A DNA stretch of 64,000 nt from Geosiphon pyriformis uo1 (Eukaryota; Fungi; Glomeromycota). The translations under genes were made by a program, and so were the position numbers. The stretch is from positions 418,924-482,923 of the forward strand of contig JAAOMT010000514.1 in NCBI GenBank assembly GCA_016748015.1, in the 5' to 3' direction. Shown here piece after piece: positions 12,924 through 24,599 of the stretch (position 1 is its first letter; each line of letters opens with the position of its first letter). The notes under the pieces were generated by a model. That model was not told the DNA's origin, searched no databases, and saw nothing but the letters and a program-made list of their open reading frames with translations.

Positions 12924-13535
12924 ATTATCCTCTCCAAAGAGATTGAACTCCGGCAAAATCAAACTATTTATGGGATATTCTAATTGAAGGGTTTTATTTA
13001 ACTCAAAACTAACTAGTTTGTTAAAGTCTTTTGTGGATAAAGTGTATAGTACTTGAGGCAAAATAAGCTTTGTATCCAAGAGACCAAACCTTTGTATAAG
13101 AGTTTTGGCTCTTCTGGCAATAGTCAAAACTCTTGGGACATCTAACTGTATAATGCCCAAAATTTCCACTTGTATCTCAGAAGTTGTTTTCTTTATGAGC
13201 TTTATGTCTTCTATGATTTCACCAAGGTAACCATAGAGCTCTAGTTGTCTTCCATATGACAAGTTTTTGTCTATGGGCAAGATTTCTTTAATTGTTTTTC
13301 TAATTGTGATGGAAGGTACAAGTATTGTTGCTATTATATTTTCCTATTTTGCTACCAATTTTTTCTCTTCTGGTAGTTGTTTTTTTTGGTCTGATAACAG
13401 TATGTGTTCTACTGTTGTCAGTTATTGTAGTTTGTTTTTCAATGGTCAGAGTAGCATTTGGATAGTTTTAATCCAATATTCATGAAGAGTATAAAAAACA
13501 TTTTGAATGTTTTGATCCAGAAAATAATTGTTCAT
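12894..13535 (-). pseudogene. A2 extra ORF3 (frameshifted)
   Basis: ORF 12894-13280 (GRQLELYGYLGE...IARRAKTLIQRFG...GEDNVMVKTHSFY) overlaps the PPT/LTR; ATG at 13535; small deletion near 13345. Confidence 0.8.
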
Positions 13536-13599
13536 GTTAATTGAAGATACCTCTGTTTTGGGAGTGGTGTATTTATTTATATTTGATTTTTGCTAATTA

Positions 13600-15527
13600 T
13601 TTGGGTCAGTATTACCACAACTGGTAACCAATTAGGTCGTTTGTGATATTTTTTGAGTCACGTGCCATGAACAGGATGATTATTAAAGATTGTTTCGGAT
13701 TGATCTTGAAGAATATAAAAACCATTGTTCAAAACTTTGTTGACTATAAAGGGACCTTTTTACTGGCTAGAGAATTTATCACCATAGACATTGTCTTTGT
13801 CTGAGTGGTATTCTAAAACTAAGTCACCAACACTTAAAGAAAGTGTTTTATAAGTTTTCTTCTTTTTAAGCTTTTCTTAGAACTGTTTTATCTTTTCAAA
13901 GGCAATTATTTGTGCTTCTACAAGTGAGTCAAGAATGGTACCAAGTCTCTTTTGCAAAATGTCTTTGTAATTTCTTATTGTGATCTCTTCAAAGGGTATT
14001 GTCTTAATATCAGTTTCTATTGGTAGTGTTGCTATTCATCTATAGAGCAGATAAAAAGATTCATAACTTGTTATGTTATGATTTACAGTTCTATAAGCAA
14101 ACAAAGCTGAAGGCAGTACTTTGTCTTATAAGTTTGTTTCTTCACTTGTTTTGGCTAAGATTTTACAGTGTTCTATTAAAACATTCTACTAGGCCATTTG
14201 TTTGAGGATAATAAGAGGAGGAAAGTTTGTGACATATTCTCATTTTTCTACAAAGTTTTTTAACCAGTGTACTGAGAAAAGCTCTTCCTCTATCAGATAA
14301 AAGTTCTTTGAAACAGCCATGGTGACAAATGATATTTTCATAAATAAAATTAGTAATGGAAACTGCTGTTTAATCTGGGGTGGTTCTTGCTTCTACCCAC
14401 TTTGTAAGATAGTCAATAACTGTGATAATGTATCTGTTGCTATCAGAAGTTACTGTTAATGGTCCAACAACATCTATACCAATTCTGTCAAAGGGTTGGC
14501 CAACAGAAATTGGATGGATGTCTTCTTTGCGATTGGGTTTCCCTCTTTTTTGACAGGTATTACAGGTTTTAATGTACTCAGCAATGTTTTTTCCCAAAGT
14601 AGGCCAATAATAGCGAGCTAAAGTTTTCTGAATTGTTTTTGTTTTTCCAAAGTGTTTAGCTAATGGATCAGTGTGCATATTGTAGATCACAATTTCTCTT
14701 TCTTCAAATTTTATAACTCTCTGGGGGTGGTCAAGATCTTTTTTGTTTCTTTTGTATAGTTGGTTCTGGCAGATCAAATAGAAATTTGATTGTTTGCGCA
14801 AATGTTTTCTTTGCTGTCAATTGTATTCCAGTGGGTATTGTCCTTTACCCAAAAATTCCATTAAGACAGAGTAGTTGTCCAATTTTATTATCATGTTTGG
14901 TTGTGAGAGAATTACTAATAATTAAGTTGGTTTGGTTTGAGGTAGTTGTACTGTCACTAGATGGTAAGTCTAGAGAGAGCGTTAGCATTTTAATGATGTG
15001 CTTCTTTGCGATGTTGAATATCATAGTCGAATTCATCTAAGTAGAGTATTCAGTAAGTTATTCTTTTATGTTCCAGCTTCTTTTTGTTGCATAACCAAAC
15101 CAAAGCTTAGTAATCTGTTACTACTAGGAATTTGGCACCAAGAAAATATTTGTTCTAATAACTAGTAGCCCATACTACTGCCAGGCATTCTTGTTTAGTC
15201 ACCAAGTAGTTTTGCTCTGCTAATGAGAGAGTTCTACTGGCATATGCTATGGCATGTTCTTTGCCATCTTCATCTTTCTGGGATAGAACAGCTCCAAGTC
15301 CATAGCCAAATGCATCAGTATGGAGGATAAAAAGTTGATCTAGATTAGGTTGCTTTAGAATTGGTTCAATAACTAGTTTTTCTTTTACAGTTTCAAAAGC
15401 TTTTTGTTGGTGTGTGCCCCAATAGTAGTTGATGTTTTTTTTGAGTAGCTGATTAAGTGAAGCAGCTATTTTGGAGAAATCCTTGACAAATTTGCGATAA
15501 TAGAAAGCCAAACCAAGGAAAGAGTGT
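13600..15527 (-). pseudogene. pol: A2 RNase H and integrase
   Basis: ORFs 15155-15511 (LHTDAFGYGLGAVLSQ...AYASRTL) and 14370-14801 (MHTDPLAKHFG...CNTCQ...GIDVVGPL...DYLTKWVEA). Confidence 0.93.
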
Positions 15528-16621
15528 TGTTACTCATAAAATATAAGAAGTATATTAGCATATAAATTAGCCAATCATAGGTAGACATAGTAAATGTGGA
15601 ATTCCAGAATTCCTCTTAGAGAAATTGCAGGATTCCAGAAATTGCAGGATTCTCATACAAGGAATTGCAAAATTCCAGAATTCCAGGATTTCTCTCAAAG
15701 GAATTGCAGAATTCCAGAAATTTCAGGATTTCTGACATGAAGAATTGAGGAATTGAAGAATCTTAAATATGTATATATAGCAGTAATATCAGAAGTTAGA
15801 AAATTAGTAAAGGGGACTTAGAATCAATTAGACTCATAGAATCAATTAGACTTGCAAAATCATAATTATTAAAATTAAAAAAAAAAGAGAATCAACACCA
15901 AAAATTTTTAGCTTAGTTACCACAATCTTCAAATAAATAATTATTCACTATATCAAATTCATTCTCCACTATCAAACACTTCATGTTGATGGTAACTGAT
16001 ACTTAACCATACTGGAACAATAGCTCTTGATCATGGCTATTGACAGGATACTAACTTGCAAATTGCCTTGGCTTATTTCTTATTTTCTTTTTATCTTTTC
16101 TTTATTTTTTTTATTGTCTACTAACTTGATTAAAGGATTTACTCTTGGAGAACTTACGGAGAAATAAAACTTACTAAAACAATACTTACTTTTGGAGGAC
16201 TTATGGAGGAATAAAACTTACTTAACCAATACTTACTCTTAGAGGACTTATGAAGGAATAAACTTGCTTAAACAATACTTACTCTTGAAGAACTTATGGA
16301 GGAATAAACTTGCTTAAACAATACTTACTCTTGGAGGACTTACAAAAGAACTGATGTCAGGAAACAGCACTGGTATACACTTATGGAAAATATTATACCA
16401 AGAGAATTATCAACCATTAAGCTAAGCAAGCCATTGACAAAACTATGGTTTTAGGAAACTACTGATAAACTGTTACTATTGAATCTCTGTCCATTATACA
16501 AAGAACTCAATTGGAAAACCTTCAGATAAAATACCTTCAGATTATCATCATCACCAATTACCTTAAGCACCAAGTTACAGGTTTGTTATTTTATCAACAC
16601 CCCAAATAATCACCTGTAACA
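15528..16621 (+). mobile_element. Solo LTR of family B (variant) inserted in A2 RT/RH
   Basis: TGTTACTC...CTGTAACA, the reverse complement of the B1 LTR ends. Flanks GTGT/GCAT (ancestral TSD GCGT). Removing it restores the RT thumb sequence ELxSFLGLA. Confidence 0.92.
16139..16343 (+). repeat. 46-47 bp tandem repeat, ~4.4 copies, inside solo-B LTR
   Basis: Units TTACTCTTGGAGGACTTATGGAGGAATAAACTTGCTTAAACAATAC start at ~16139, 16186, 16233, 16279 and 16325. Confidence 0.9.
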
Positions 16622-19600
16622 GCATAGTTCATAAACATTCATTGGTTGTCTAATGTTCTGGACTTTTTCAACCTTAGATGGATCAGGAAAGATTCCATTT
16701 TTTGTGATAAGATGACCAAGGAATTGGGTAGATTGTCTTCTAAAGAAAGATTTAATTGAGTTGATCTTGAGATCTGCATTTCTGAGAAGATCAAAAACCT
16801 TTTGCAAATGTATAAGGTGTTTATCCCAGATTTTTGAGTATACCATTATATTGTCCAAATAGACCAAAACAAAGTTTTCTTTCACTGATTCAAATACTTT
16901 ATCCATTAAGCATTGAAAGATGAGAGGAGCATTGGTAAGACCAAAAGGCATGACTGTGAATTCATAGATGCCATACTTGGTGATAAAAGCGGTTTTCTTC
17001 TGGCTTTCTGGATCCATCTCTACTTGCCAAAATCCAGCAGTTAGATCAATGGTTGAAAAGAAAGCAGCATCTTTGAATTGGTCTAGCATTGCATCAATCT
17101 TGAAAAGTGGGTACATGTCTCTTTTAGTGATGGCATTTAATTGGCAGTAGTTAACACAGAAGCATAGGGTTCCACCTTTCTTGGATACCATTACAACTGG
17201 AAAAGCCCATTCACTCTTGGTTTCTTGTATGAATCCAAGTTCTTTCATCCAGTTTATCTCTTTCTTGATGAACTCATCATTGCACTGATTAGATTGATAT
17301 GGCTTCAAATAGATGAGGCAAGTTTTTCTGGTGGTGATAGTGTGTTGTATCACATGGGTTTGTCCAGGGGTATCATCTTCTTTTAAGATAACTGGGCTAT
17401 TTCTAGCCAACAGATTTTTAATGTCCATCTTTTTTTCTTCTGGGGAGAGTTTTCTTTGTTCTACAACTAGTGATTGAATTTCAAGTGGTTCATTCTCAAA
17501 AAACTTTTGTACTTCTTTTAATTCTTCTCTTGGTATTAAACTAATTGGTTCCCAATCTTTGTAATAGATTTGCATTCATTACTTGGAGAATACAAGGGTT
17601 GATTGCACCAACACCAGGCACAAGAACCATGCCACCAATAATGGTACTTGGCTTTTTTGCTAGGCTTCTGGTCAAAAGTTCTTCTTAGGATATCATAGTA
17701 GGGCCAGCAAATCAGCTTGCCATTTACAATAATTTTTTTTCTGTCAGCTTTGACATTATCCAGTGGCTTGCCATTGCTGGTGAAGGTGATATAGGCAAGT
17801 TCAGCAGTTTTTTCTTGTTCTTCTTGTTCTTCTTTATTATTACTTTCTTTATCATCTGATTCCTCTGATTGTTCTTCTTCCTGATTCTGTTTTGGTATTG
17901 AAGGGGTTGTCCAGTGGTAACACTTAACCACAATGGGCTTTTCACTACATCTGATGGTTAGCTTACAAAGTTCATAGTTAAGTAATGCTTTGGCTTTTTT
18001 GAATCATTTATTTTCAACAATAATAGTGTATTCCTTGGCTTTAGAAACTTCTATGTTAGTTTCAATGCTGATGCCATTGATATAAACAAGAACAGCTTTG
18101 GTTATGCCCAGACCTTTCTTCTTGTCACCATATACATTGGTCATTGGTCAAGAGGAAGGTTTATCAATCTTTCTCCCAATTGCTTCCAAAAAGTGTTTGG
18201 CAATGACACTAACAGATGATCCACTGTTCAGGATCAAGTTAATAAAATAGCCAGCCACTTAGGCTTTGCAAATTAATGGGGTGACATTGCTGTTGTTAGC
18301 AAGTCCAGCTTGGCGAGGGCATTTATTGGTTTTTGGTGTTTTCTTCTTGGGAATTAGAGTTTTGCAGAAATCTTTCCTGAATTGTGAGTGGGTCATTAGT
18401 TGGCCAAAGATAATGTGTGCAGGAGTTTCCATGAGATCTTTAACAACAGAACCAGATTTTTGTACTATTTTTGGGGGTTCTAACTTTGGAGGATTCTTAA
18501 AGACTTTAGCCTTTGGTGGCTCATTATTATTAGCAGTTAATGTGGATGGTTTATTTGGATCTAAAACGAAATCAATCTTGGCTTTTTTCTTCTTTCTTGT
18601 TGATTCTGAGATGTTGATTGCTAGTTCATCTATGTAATGATTATTATCAGTTAAGTTAAAAGCATAAAAGAAGTTTTCTTCTGGTTGGCTTGCACTCTCA
18701 CTCTTTGGAAGTGCACCTACCAGTTTAAAGGCTGGTAAACTGTGGCTTTAACTAAGGGATTCTCTTCAAAGAAATTGATATTGGCATGATTGGGTCTTTG
18801 ATTAGAGGCATTGTTGTTATTGATTCTGTTGTTCTGGTTGTCATTGTTTCTAGGAACTGGAGTAGACAAAAGAGAATTGTTGCAATCTCTGGAGAAATGT
18901 CCAGTTAATCCACATTTATAACACACAGAAGGGCCATGATTTTGCTGTCTTTGGTAAAGAGGTTGCTGGGGCTGATTAAAACGGTTTTCAAATCTGGGTC
19001 TTTATGGTTGCTGGTTATCTCTGACTGCTTGGGCTAATGGTTCTAATAGCTGAGCAAGATTTGCTGTAAGTTTATCTATTAATTGTTCATTTGGATCTTG
19101 TGTCTAGGCAGCAAAAGAAGTAGCAGCCATTTGAGAAGTAGGAGCAAAAACTGGAAGTGTGGATCCCAAATGCATTCTTTGATTGTCTTCAATTCTTTGG
19201 ACAAGTTCAATGGCTATATCCATGGTGGGATTATCTTTTAAAGCCAAGAGAGGCCAAAAAGCATACGATAAATCAGTTCTCAATCCTTTTGTAAAGGAGT
19301 GAATCTTTTGCTCTTTAGTCCAGTTTCTACCAGAGTCCACATGCTTGATGAGTTTTCTGATTGCTTTGGTATATTTGGTCACAACTTCACTAGGACCTTG
19401 GATTCTTTTTTTTAATTCTATATGCCATTTGGATATTAAAATGGGGGTTCTGAATTTGTTTTCAAACCAGGTAGTGAAAGAGGTAATGTTTTCTTCAATA
19501 TTTGCTGGGGTCTATTTAACAATTCTTTGTTGAGCATCAGCATTGGTTTTTTGTGAAAACCAGGTAGCAGGGAAGCCTTGGAGGTAGCCACCAACGATTT

Positions 19601-20252
19601 GGAACTTGTATTCATCATCATACTGGTTTGCAGTGGTTGCTCTTTCAAAATCGTCCAACCATTCAATTGGATCTTGGGCATTACTTTTGAATAGGGGTAG
19701 TGGGGTGTTGTTTTTTTGCCCCAAAGCAGTTTGTATGCCTTGAAGGGCGGCCAGAATGTTTGTTTGCATGAAGTCTTAGGCCATTGGTTCAGGGGTTACT
19801 GTTTGAGTGGAATGTTCTGATTCACTTAAAAAGAGATCAAAAATAAGAGCAGTTTGGTAACTTTCTTCTTCTGTTTCAAGGGGAGTTATAGTTGATTGGT
19901 AAGCAGCAACCCAAATATGTATTTGGTAATTCAGATATTCGAAATCAGGAGACTGTTGTGTGAAAGTTGTGAAGTATAAAAGCTGATTGATGCTATTATT
20001 TCTTTCTTCAAAGTTGTCTTCAAAATAAGTTTGGTCAAAATAATAAGTTGTATATGCTATATAGGTTTCAGCTGAGTGTTTGTTCAGGAACCAGTTCCAA
20101 AAGTCTTGGAATTGTCTATTAAATTGTTTTTCAAGAGAAAAGCAGATCAAGCAAAAGGACAAGAGATTAAGTTCAATAAAGTCTAAATCATTTCTGTTGT
20201 GTACTGCAAAGTGTTTTTCTGATTGCTGTGGCAGATATAAATAATCACCCAT
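16622..20252 (-). pseudogene. gag-pol: A2 gag-PR-RT
   Basis: RT ORF 16610-17575 (SEWAFPVVMV...FCVNYCQLN...VMPFGLTNAP...YLDNI). Cys linker WWHGSCAWCWC. Protease (LILNSGSS). CCHC CYKCGLTGHFSRDC (18717-18926). gag ORFs 19104-20252 (DPIEWLDDFER). Confidence 0.93.
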
Positions 20253-20281
20253 ACAATGAGGAAATAAGTAAATTTTGACAA

Positions 20282-20298
20282 CCTTACAGGGAGCACCA
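20282..20298 (-). promoter_or_regulatory. A2 primer-binding site TGGTGCTCCCTGTAAGG
   Basis: Follows the 5' LTR after a 6-nt spacer TAAAAG; same site in A3 (52430-52446) and, decayed, in A4. Confidence 0.8.
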
Positions 20299-20304
20299 CT
20301 TTTA

Positions 20305-20943
20305 TGTTATAGGTTGGAGTAACAAGCTAATGGATAGCAAAGGAGAACAGGATTGTAAGGTAATGGAAATAATTAAAAAGGAATTCAACTTCAAAGAGCA
20401 AATTGAATAAGTATGGATTCAATATGCGAGATCAGTCTCATAAAATATCTCAGTTACTATACTTTTCAAAGGTAACTGGGGAATTTGAAAGTAGAGAGAT
20501 AGTCCATACTGTCAACAAATGATCACACTTGGTATAATTCTATGCCTCATGTCAGCATTTTTAGAATTCAATATCAAGTATCAGATGTGCTTTTCAGTTA
20601 CATTTTATTCAATAATCTTCAAATACTTTGTTTAATTGTTTCAGGAAAAGACAAATAAACACCAACAAGAGATCTTTTATCCAAAAGATGTTCAGATATT
20701 TGAAGGTAGGAAAAGGAAAATTAGCAATAAGAGAATGTTTGAAATGAAAGTTGTTTTATTATATTTCTTTGTTTATTGGGAACATACTTTTCTATAGCTA
20801 AGAGACTCATTGCTTATATAGCTATAAAAAGTGGTCAATGACCAGATCAATGATTACTATCTAAAAATAGGTTGGTTAATTATATGACATCAATGGCTAA
20901 TATATGTGATAACTAATAAAAACTATGAGTTTCAACTGTAACA
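20305..20943 (-). repeat. A2 5' LTR
   Basis: TGTTATAGGTTGGAG...CTGTAACA; 47 bp shorter than the 3' LTR, mainly from fewer 12-bp repeat units. Confidence 0.93.
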
Positions 20944-21552
20944 ATATATAATTCTTATATCCTTCCTTTGAGATCTTTTACCAGACTATCTTTGACATCA
21001 ATAACTCAGCACTTAATCTTCAATCAATTAGTAACTCCAAAAGAAATAACAAAATAAAATAAAAATAAAATAAAAGAAAATAAGAAAACAATTAAAAGCA
21101 ATTACAAGTTACTATTCTGTCAATAGTCATAATTAAGAGCTATTGTTCAAGTATGGTTAAGTATTACTTATTATCAACATGTAGTGTTGATAGTGGAGAG
21201 TGGATTAAGATAAAAAATAGTTATTTATTGATGTGGAAGGTTGTTTTAGAACAAATCTAAACTGAAAGGTCTGTCTTTTCTACTTTTAACACTACTACTA
21301 TATATACATAATTGAAATTCCTCAATTCTTCAATTCTTCACACCAGGAATCTTGGAATTCCTGGAATTCTGCAATTCCTTTTGAGAGGAATTTTGAAATT
21401 CTGGAATCCTGCAATTTCTTGTATGAGAATCCTGAAATTCCTGAAATTCTGCAATTTTTCTTAAGAGGAATCCTGGAATTCCACATTTACTATGACTATT
21501 TCTGATTGGCTAATTTATATTCTAATATATTTTTTATATTCTATGAGTAACA

Positions 21553-21990
21553 ATGCATGGCAATACTACCAATAAAAACTAACATTGAAACAATACTCTT
21601 TGAAGAAATCACAATAGAAAATTATAAAGACATTTTGCAAAAAAGACTTGGTATTATTTTTAACTCCTTGGTAGAAGCATGAATAGTTGCTTTTAAGAAG
21701 ATAAAACAATTTCAAGAAAAGCTTAAGAAGAAGAAAACTTATAAAACACTTTCTTTAAGTGTTGATAACTTGGTATTAGAATACCATTTAGACAGAAACA
21801 ATATCTATGGTAATAAATTCTCTAGTTAGTGAAAAAGACCCTTTATAATCAACAAAGTTTTGAACAATGGTTTTTATATTTTTCAAGATTAATCTGGAAC
21901 AATTTTCAATAATTGTTTTGTTTATGATACATAACTCAAGAAATATCATAAACGACCTGATTAGTTGTCTGTTGTAGTAATACTGACCCA
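21553..21990 (+). pseudogene. int: A1 integrase C-terminal part
   Basis: Colinear with the A3 integrase tail (MATLPIKTDI...YGDKF) and continues from 2705. Confidence 0.88.
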
Positions 21991-22056
21991 AATAATCAGC
22001 AAAAATCAAGTATAAATAAATGCATCATTTCTAAAACAAAGATATTTTCAATCAAC

Positions 22057-22713
22057 ATAAACAATTATTTTCTGGATTAAAACATTTAAAATGTTTTCTA
22101 TACTCTCCATAAGTATTGAATCAAAAACTATCCAAATGCTACTTTGACCATTGGAAAACAAACCATCATAACTAATAACAATAGAATATATACTGTTATT
22201 AGACCAAAGAAAACTACTACCAGAAAAGAAAAAATTGATAACAAAATGGATAAATATCTGTTAAAAAATATAACAGCAGCTATACTCTTATTTTTTAGCA
22301 CAATTGGAAAAACAATCCAAGAAATATTGCTCATAGACAAAAATTTGTTATATGGAAAACAATTAAAACTCTATGGTTACCTTGAAAAAATCATAGAAGA
22401 TATGAAATTCATGAAGAAAACAACTTCAGAAATACAGGCAGAAATTTTGGGCATTATATGATTAGATGTCTCAAGAGTTTTAATTATTGTTAGAAGAGCC
22501 AAAACTCTAATACAAAGATTTAGTCTCTTGAATACAAAACTTATTTCACCTTAAGTATTATATACTCTATCCACAAAAGACTTTAACAAACTAGTTAGCT
22601 TTGAATTAGATAAAACTCTTCAAATAGATTATATTATGAATAGCTTGATTTCACCAGAGCTCAATTTCTTTGGAAAGAATAATATTATAATTAAAACCTA
22701 TACTTCTTATTAA
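22057..22713 (+). pseudogene. A1 extra ORF3 (in-frame stops, start mutated to ATA)
   Basis: 657-nt frame including ORF 22144-22461 (TIGKQ...RPKKTTTR...LYGYLE); runs through the PPT into the LTR. Confidence 0.8.
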
Positions 22714-23350
22714 TTATTACATGTATTAGTCACTAATGTTATATAATTAGCCACTCTATTTTTAGATAGTGATCATTAACTTGATCAATGATTTGACTGT
22801 TGACCTAATCATTAAACACTTTTAATAGCTATATAAGCAATGAATTTTTTAGCTGTAGAAAAGCATATAAGAATCAAAGAAAGAAAAAAAATAAAATAAC
22901 AACTTTATCTCAAATTTTTCTCTTTTTGCTAATTTTTTTTTCCTTATCTTTAAGTATTTGAACATCTTAAGATAAAAGATTACTTGTTGGCATTTACTTA
23001 TCCTTTTTTTCTGACTCATATAATTATAGCATTTAAAAATTATTGAATAAAATATGACTGAAGAATATATCTGATACTTAATATTGAATTCTAAGAATAC
23101 TGATATAAGACATAGAATTATACCAGTGTGTGATCATTTGTTGACAGTATGGACTATCCTTCTACTTTCAGATTTCTTGGTTATTTTTTGAAAGTATAAT
23201 AACTGAGATATTTTATAAGACTGATCTTGCATATTGAATTCATATTCATTTAATTCACTCTTTGAAGTTGAATTTCCTTTAATTTCTTTTATCACCCTAC
23301 AATTCTGTTCTCCCTTGCTATCTATTAACTTGTTACTCTAACCCATAACA
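22683..23350 (+). repeat. A1 3' LTR
   Basis: TATTATAATT (decayed TGTTATGGTT)...CCCATAACA; reverse complement of the A2/A3 LTRs; followed by ATAC. Confidence 0.9.
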
Positions 23351-23649
23351 ATACAATAGAATTAGCTAGATTCAATTATAAAGATAAAGTAGAAACATAC
23401 CACCAAATTGCAAATCACACTTATCTAATTCAAAAAGCTCAAATTTAATGATTAGAGCAAATAAACATTTAATTGTGTAAAAAATGCATCATGTCTTGTA
23501 ATGACAAATAATATTCAGAATGCTATGCTTTTAGCATTTTCTTGTCCAGTAAAAATAACTAGAAGGAAATCAAGTTTGGAAAACCTGAGCCAAAAAAAGA
23601 AATTGCAACAACTCCAATCTATCTTATTGAGAATCAACCAGTTCTATAA

Positions 23650-24075
23650 CTCAAATATTTCAACAACAATGGTCAAAGAATCAAGCCAGAGAAAGCCCAT
23701 AATATAGATGCTAAATATAATTTATAATATTCAAGAAAAAATACTTTGGTTCTTCAACCAAAATTTTTAACAAAAATCAATCTCAGAATTGCTCTCAAAA
23801 TACCACCAAGAACAATAATTCAAATTGCTTCCAGATTATTATTGGCAAGCAAAAAAATCAATGTCAGTAAAAGAATTATAGATGCAGAATATATTGAAGA
23901 CATTACTATTATGCTACAAAATGAAATTAAAAAACCATTTAGAATAGAACATGCTAAAAAGATTGCTCAAGCAATTTACCTACTTCTAATTAATATTTTA
24001 GAGTTATAATCAGTTAGTAACAGAGAACAATTAAGCAAAAGTAAAAAAAAAATACAAGATTTTGGTTCAACTGGA
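23650..24075 (+). pseudogene. dut: C1 dUTPase domain
   Basis: ORF 23746-24009 (IASRLLLASK...RIIDAEYIEDI...KIAQAIY), followed by QDFGSTG. Confidence 0.85.
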
Positions 24076-24599
24076 CAATTTACAGTTTCAGTAAACATAG
24101 TTCTCAATGCACAGAATAAATCTCACCAGATTTTTTAACTTTCTCAATCCATTACTATTTCACCTTTTGAAAAACATCATAAAATTTACACTTGCTCAAA
24201 ACTCACTACTACTCAACAAATCTTTGAATTCAATGAACAAATCTGTTTAAAGCATAAAATCTCAATTTTAAATGTCTATATACTAAAAAAAATGAAAAAA
24301 TTTTGAGACACATTCTATAATCCCAACAATTACTCTATTGTTTTATTAAATAAATTGAAAATTAGAATCATACATAGCAATATCTTTCAAGATAAAAACT
24401 CTCAAATTGTCTCTAATTTTATCGAAATTGTAAAGCATACTCTACTTTCCAATTCAAACATCATCTTTACTACTAAAAACTACCATTTTTTGAGAAAAAA
24501 ACTTTCTCAAATCAATATAGGTCTCTTAGAACCTCAACAACAAAGACAATTGAAACAACTGATAGCTGAATTCGCTAATATATTTGCAAAAAACAACAA

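Larger units (their letters stand above)
12238..20943 (-). mobile_element. Full-length Ty3/Gypsy element A2 inserted in the B1 5' LTR
   Basis: LTRs 12238-12923 and 20305-20943; TSD ATAT (12234-12237 and 20944-20947); PBS 20282-20298; PPT GGAGAGGATAA at 12924-12934. Confidence 0.95.
2706..21552 (-). mobile_element. Full-length Ty3/Gypsy element B1 (family B, dUTPase-carrying), inserted in A1 integrase
   Basis: Two 870-bp LTRs (2706-3575; 11973-12237 + 20944-21552). TSD ATGC at 2702-2705 and 21553-21556. PBS at 11954-11970. Minus-strand order gag-PR-Cys-dUT-RT-RH-IN-ORF3. Confidence 0.95.
11973..21552 (-). repeat. B1 5' LTR split by A2 (11973-12237 and 20944-21552)
   Basis: Rejoining at TSD ATAT restores GTTAATATATATAATTCTTA as in the intact LTR at ~2961, giving 870 bp. 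Confidence 0.92.
1..23350 (+). mobile_element. Ty3/Gypsy LTR retrotransposon A1 (family A), 5' part outside window, interrupted by B1 at 2706-21552
   Basis: RT/RH/IN remnants at 1-2705 continue seamlessly at 21553 after TSD ATGC. Then ORF3, PPT (GGAAAGAATAA) and a 3' LTR 22683-23350 ending ACCCATAACA. Confidence 0.93.

Noticed and set aside
16139-16343. Regularly spaced repeats resembling a CRISPR array
   Set aside because: Head-to-tail units without unique spacers, inside an LTR; no cas genes; eukaryotic context.
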